A stretch of 45,563 nt of DNA, taken from NCBI GenBank assembly GCA_043727235.1, contig JAYSYX010000048.1:1-45563 (forward strand), written 5' to 3'. Within the stretch, counting starts at the first letter, position 1. Each line of letters begins with the position of its first letter. Under the pieces are notes generated by a model. That model did not search any database and was not told the DNA's origin. It was given only the letters and a program-made list of their open reading frames with translations. Shown one piece after another: positions 42,822 to 45,563 of this stretch. A program made the translations under genes and the position numbers. Origin of the DNA: Bacteroidota bacterium. Lineage in GTDB: Bacteria; Bacteroidota; Bacteroidia; Chitinophagales; BACL12.

Positions 42822-43421
42822 TTAACTGTCTGAATGTTTAGATGCCACGGTATTTACCGAGGCTATCAATGCATTAAAAATTGTATCAATACTTCCAACT
42901 CCTTCTATCTCCATTAAAAGGTCCTGATCCTTATAATATTCTGCGACAGGTTCTGTTTTCTGGCGGTATTCCTGAACGCGTTTTCGAATGGTATCCACAT
43001 CCATATCATCGGTCCTGCCGCTGGTCAATCCCCTGTTAAGTATGCGTTGTGTAAGTTCTTCTTCCTCCACAACCAGACATAGAACACAACTAACGCTGGT
43101 GCCTTTTTCAAGCAACATACTGTCCAACGCCACCGCTTGTGCTTTAGTTCTGGGAAAACCGTCGAAAATAATGCCCTGTTTTTGTTTATTTCTTGCCTCT
43201 TCCACAGCTCCTCCCAACATACCGATCACCACTTCATCTGGCACCAGTTTACCTTCATCCATGAATTTTTTTGCTTCCATGCCAAGGGTGGTTCCTGCAC
43301 TTATCTGAGAACGGAGCAGGTCGCCGGTAGAAATATGCAATAAGTTAAAATGTTCCTTCAACTTCTCTGCCTGTGTGCCTTTGCCGCTTCCGGGAGGGCC
43401 AAATAATATAATGTTTGTCAT
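42822..43421 (-). CDS. adk: adenylate kinase (short-LID type)
   Basis: P-loop GPPGSGKGTQAEKL, then HISTGDLLR and IFDGFPRT. No Cys4 zinc LID. Confidence 0.95.
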   Translation of the reverse strand: MTNIILFGPPGSGKGTQAEKLKEHFNLLHISTGDLLRSQISAGTTLGMEAKKFMDEGKLVPDEVVIGMLGGAVEEARNKQKQGIIFDGFPRTKAQAVALDSMLLEKGTSVSCVLCLVVEEEELTQRILNRGLTSGRTDDMDVDTIRKRVQEYRQKTEPVAEYYKDQDLLMEIEGVGSIDTIFNALIASVNTVASKHSDS

Positions 43422-43561
43422 CGGTCTGCTGATTAAAAAGTATGCAAAGATAACAGCCTTAGGCGGATTTGCCTTGATCCGTCCACCTCAATTACACGTA
43501 TATAACCTTTGAACCTTTATGCTCCAAAAATCATTATTATTATTAAACTTACCTTTGGGAT

Positions 43562-43858
43562 ATGACTTTATTGGAAAAGATTATGGAAACATTACTGAAA
43601 AATAAACAATATCTAGCCTCAAAATATGGCGTTAGCAGTATTGGTTTATTTGGCGAATCGGTAACAGAAGAATTTAATGCAGGCAGTGAAATTGATATCA
43701 TTGTAGATTTCAAAAAACCAATCGGTCTCGAAATTGTAGATCTTGGTGATGAGCTCGAAAAACTATTAGGTCACAAAGTCGACCTCGTTTCTAAAAGTGG
43801 TTTGGAAAAAGATTATTACAAAGTGTTTCGAAAGGAAATAATGTATGTGGGGAAATAA
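43562..43858 (+). CDS. MntA-like minimal nucleotidyltransferase-domain protein (orphan, motif-degenerate)
   Basis: 98 aa. SIGLFGESVTEEFNAGSEIDIIVDF aligns with the G(S)-x9-12-DxD Pol-beta NTase signature but reads GE and E-I-D. There is no DUF86/HepT ORF next to it. Confidence 0.65.
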   Translation: MTLLEKIMETLLKNKQYLASKYGVSSIGLFGESVTEEFNAGSEIDIIVDFKKPIGLEIVDLGDELEKLLGHKVDLVSKSGLEKDYYKVFRKEIMYVGK

Positions 43859-43954
43859 GGAAGGAAGGAAAGAATGAAAGAATGAAAGAGTGAAGGAATG
43901 AAAAAAAGGGGAACGCTGATAACGCGGATTTTGCGGATTTAAAAAGGATAAAAA

Positions 43955-44425
43955 ATTTATTAATTTGTCAGCCGCGGCTGATCTGGTAATTTATTAATTG
44001 ATTTAATCCTGGTCGAAAATTAATTGTTGGAGCTCATTTTTAAATCTCAGGCCGGCTGTTCCATTTGCTAATTTTGCCATTTATTAATTTGTTAATCTGG
44101 TAATTTGTTAATTGATTTAAACCTGCACAGGCTTTTACCATTTGCTAATTACTGCCCATGCGAAGCAGGCATTGCTAATTTGCTAATTAATCCTGAATGT
44201 TCATGTTATCATAGATTATCCTAGTCGTCTGGTAATTTGATATATAATCTAAGCCCGGCTGTTCCATTTGCTAATTTGCTAATTACTATCCGAATGCGAA
44301 GCAGACGGGGCTAATTTGCTAATTAATATCTAACGTTCATTTGGTCATAAGATATTTTGGCCGTCTGTTAATTTAATCTTTAATCAAAGCCCGGCTGTTC
44401 ATTGGTACATTGGTACATTTTTTTT
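43955..44425 (+). repeat. family-B tandem array, about 3.5 units of 114-136 bp
   Basis: Unit heads (A)TCTGGTAATTT(A/G)TTAATTGATTTAA occur at ~43982, 44096, 44228 and 44364. Each unit also contains (A/G)GCC(C)GGCTGTTCCATTTGCTAATT and usually a second TTGCTAATTTGCTAATTAAT block. The array starts with the palindrome TCAGCCGCGGCTGA (43968-43981). Confidence 0.75.
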
Positions 44426-45547
44426 TCATCGGTACATTATCATTATCCTATCATCATTCTTCTCCGGCTTCCCTCTCCCATCTTCATTACTCGTGCAAAA
44501 AATTATACTTCCATCAGGTGCAAGAATAATATTTCTCAAACGACCATAAATTTCGGGGAATAATTGTGATTCATTTTTATTAATTAGTGAATGGTTTTTG
44601 TCGACATTAAATTGCACCAATCTTTCTCCTCTTAAACAAGCGAAAATGATATTTCCTATATTATCATCTTCCTCATTAAAATTATCCATATAAATAATTC
44701 CTCCGGGAGCCCAGGTGTCGTCGCCGCTGTGGGCAAAGGGGAGAATTGTTCCGGTTGCTATATCATCTCCTATAACTTTTGGCCATCCGTAATTATTTCC
44801 TTTAACAATAATATTCACTTCATCGTGACAACACCAACCATTTAATTCACCGCTTGGTCCGTGTTCGGTTGCAAACATGGTTCCGTCGGGCGACCAACAT
44901 AAACCCTGCACATTTCGATGTCCATAACTCCAGATATAATTTTTAAATGGATTATCAGCCGGAATATTTCCTTCTTTATCCATACGAAGAATTTTTCCAG
45001 CATTACTGGTAAGATCCTGTGCCGAGTTTGGATCGCGTGCATCACCGGTTCCTACATACAAATATCCATCGGGACCAAAACTTATAATTCCACCATCGTG
45101 AAATAATTTCTTTGGAATGGAGTCCAATAATATTTTGTTTTGGGAAAGAATTTCATTTTCAAATTTTAAACGCACTATCCTGTTTCCCGATTCAACTGTC
45201 TCATAAATAAAAATATATCGGCTTGTCGCAAAATCAGGATCTACTGCCAAACCTAATAATCCGCCCTCTGCTTTTGCACTTATGTCGCGTGTCAATAAAA
45301 GTGCAACTTCCTTTGTTTTAAGATCCACAACTGATATCCGACCCGGCCTTTCATTAAACATTAACCTGCCGTCGGGTAAAAGTCCCATTCCCCAGGGAAC
45401 TTCCAGGTTTTGTGCCAGCACCTCAGGTGTTTGTGGCATTATAACCTTTTGTGCAGCAGGATTTGGCTTTTTTTGTGAACTGCAATTAAACAGCAGTGTT
45501 GCAGAGATACAAAGCAGGTAAACAGCTAAATTTTTCATGATCTTCAA
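44426..45547 (-). CDS. PQQ-dependent sugar (glucose/sorbosone-type) dehydrogenase, lipoprotein
   Basis: Signal/lipobox MKNLAVYLLCISATLLFNCSS. Beta-propeller motifs PWGMGLLPDGRLMFNERPGRI, GGLLGLAVDPDF, YGHRNVQGLCWSPDG and NIIVKGNNYGWP are typical of soluble GSDH-family enzymes. Confidence 0.85.
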   Translation of the reverse strand: MKIMKNLAVYLLCISATLLFNCSSQKKPNPAAQKVIMPQTPEVLAQNLEVPWGMGLLPDGRLMFNERPGRISVVDLKTKEVALLLTRDISAKAEGGLLGLAVDPDFATSRYIFIYETVESGNRIVRLKFENEILSQNKILLDSIPKKLFHDGGIISFGPDGYLYVGTGDARDPNSAQDLTSNAGKILRMDKEGNIPADNPFKNYIWSYGHRNVQGLCWSPDGTMFATEHGPSGELNGWCCHDEVNIIVKGNNYGWPKVIGDDIATGTILPFAHSGDDTWAPGGIIYMDNFNEEDDNIGNIIFACLRGERLVQFNVDKNHSLINKNESQLFPEIYGRLRNIILAPDGSIIFCTSNEDGRGKPEKNDDRIMIMYR

Positions 45548-45563
45548 ATTTAAAAATAGAATT

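Noticed and set aside
43955-44425. Tandem array considered as a CRISPR array
   Set aside because: The units are 114-136 bp and similar throughout, rather than short constant repeats separated by unique spacers. There are no cas genes in the window, and the same motifs occur as single copies elsewhere.

Overview
This 45.6-kb, AT-rich window looks like a chromosomal segment of a Bacteroidota bacterium. That is inferred from six secreted proteins ending in T9SS C-terminal sorting domains, an atpBEFHAG operon without atpDC, and TAnnTTTG-type -7 promoter boxes. Housekeeping blocks (rluB-scpB, a thioredoxin-fold protein, atpBEFHAG, ridA, an EamA transporter, obg-adk, a PQQ-type sugar dehydrogenase) alternate with accessory surface-protein genes. 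T9SS cargo genes lie at 4.7-7.4, 7.5-9.8, 14.8-25.8 (a 3670-aa mosaic giant), 31.5-33.7 and 34.0-36.8 kb, plus a nonsense-interrupted one at 37.7-38.6 kb. The most system-like coding feature is a co-directional cluster at 10.1-25.8 kb. It holds an S8 subtilase with no evident export signal, an orphan protein made of two tandem copies of an unknown domain, a TPR sensor histidine kinase, a LuxR-type response regulator, and then the giant adhesin-like protein. The most unusual non-coding feature is that nearly every longer intergenic spacer is filled with members of at least five dispersed repeat families (A-E below). Many are built from 3-4 tandem 7-nt words, and some carry hairpins or 29-bp terminal inverted repeats. 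One family sits inside intercistronic spacers of the ATP synthase operon. I found no rRNA, tRNA, CRISPR array, transposase, integrase, phage genes or recognisable defence genes. I cannot assign the 10-14.6 kb cluster to any known system, so functional statements about it and about the repeats are hypotheses. Repeat, hairpin and promoter coordinates were derived by hand and may be off by a few nt.
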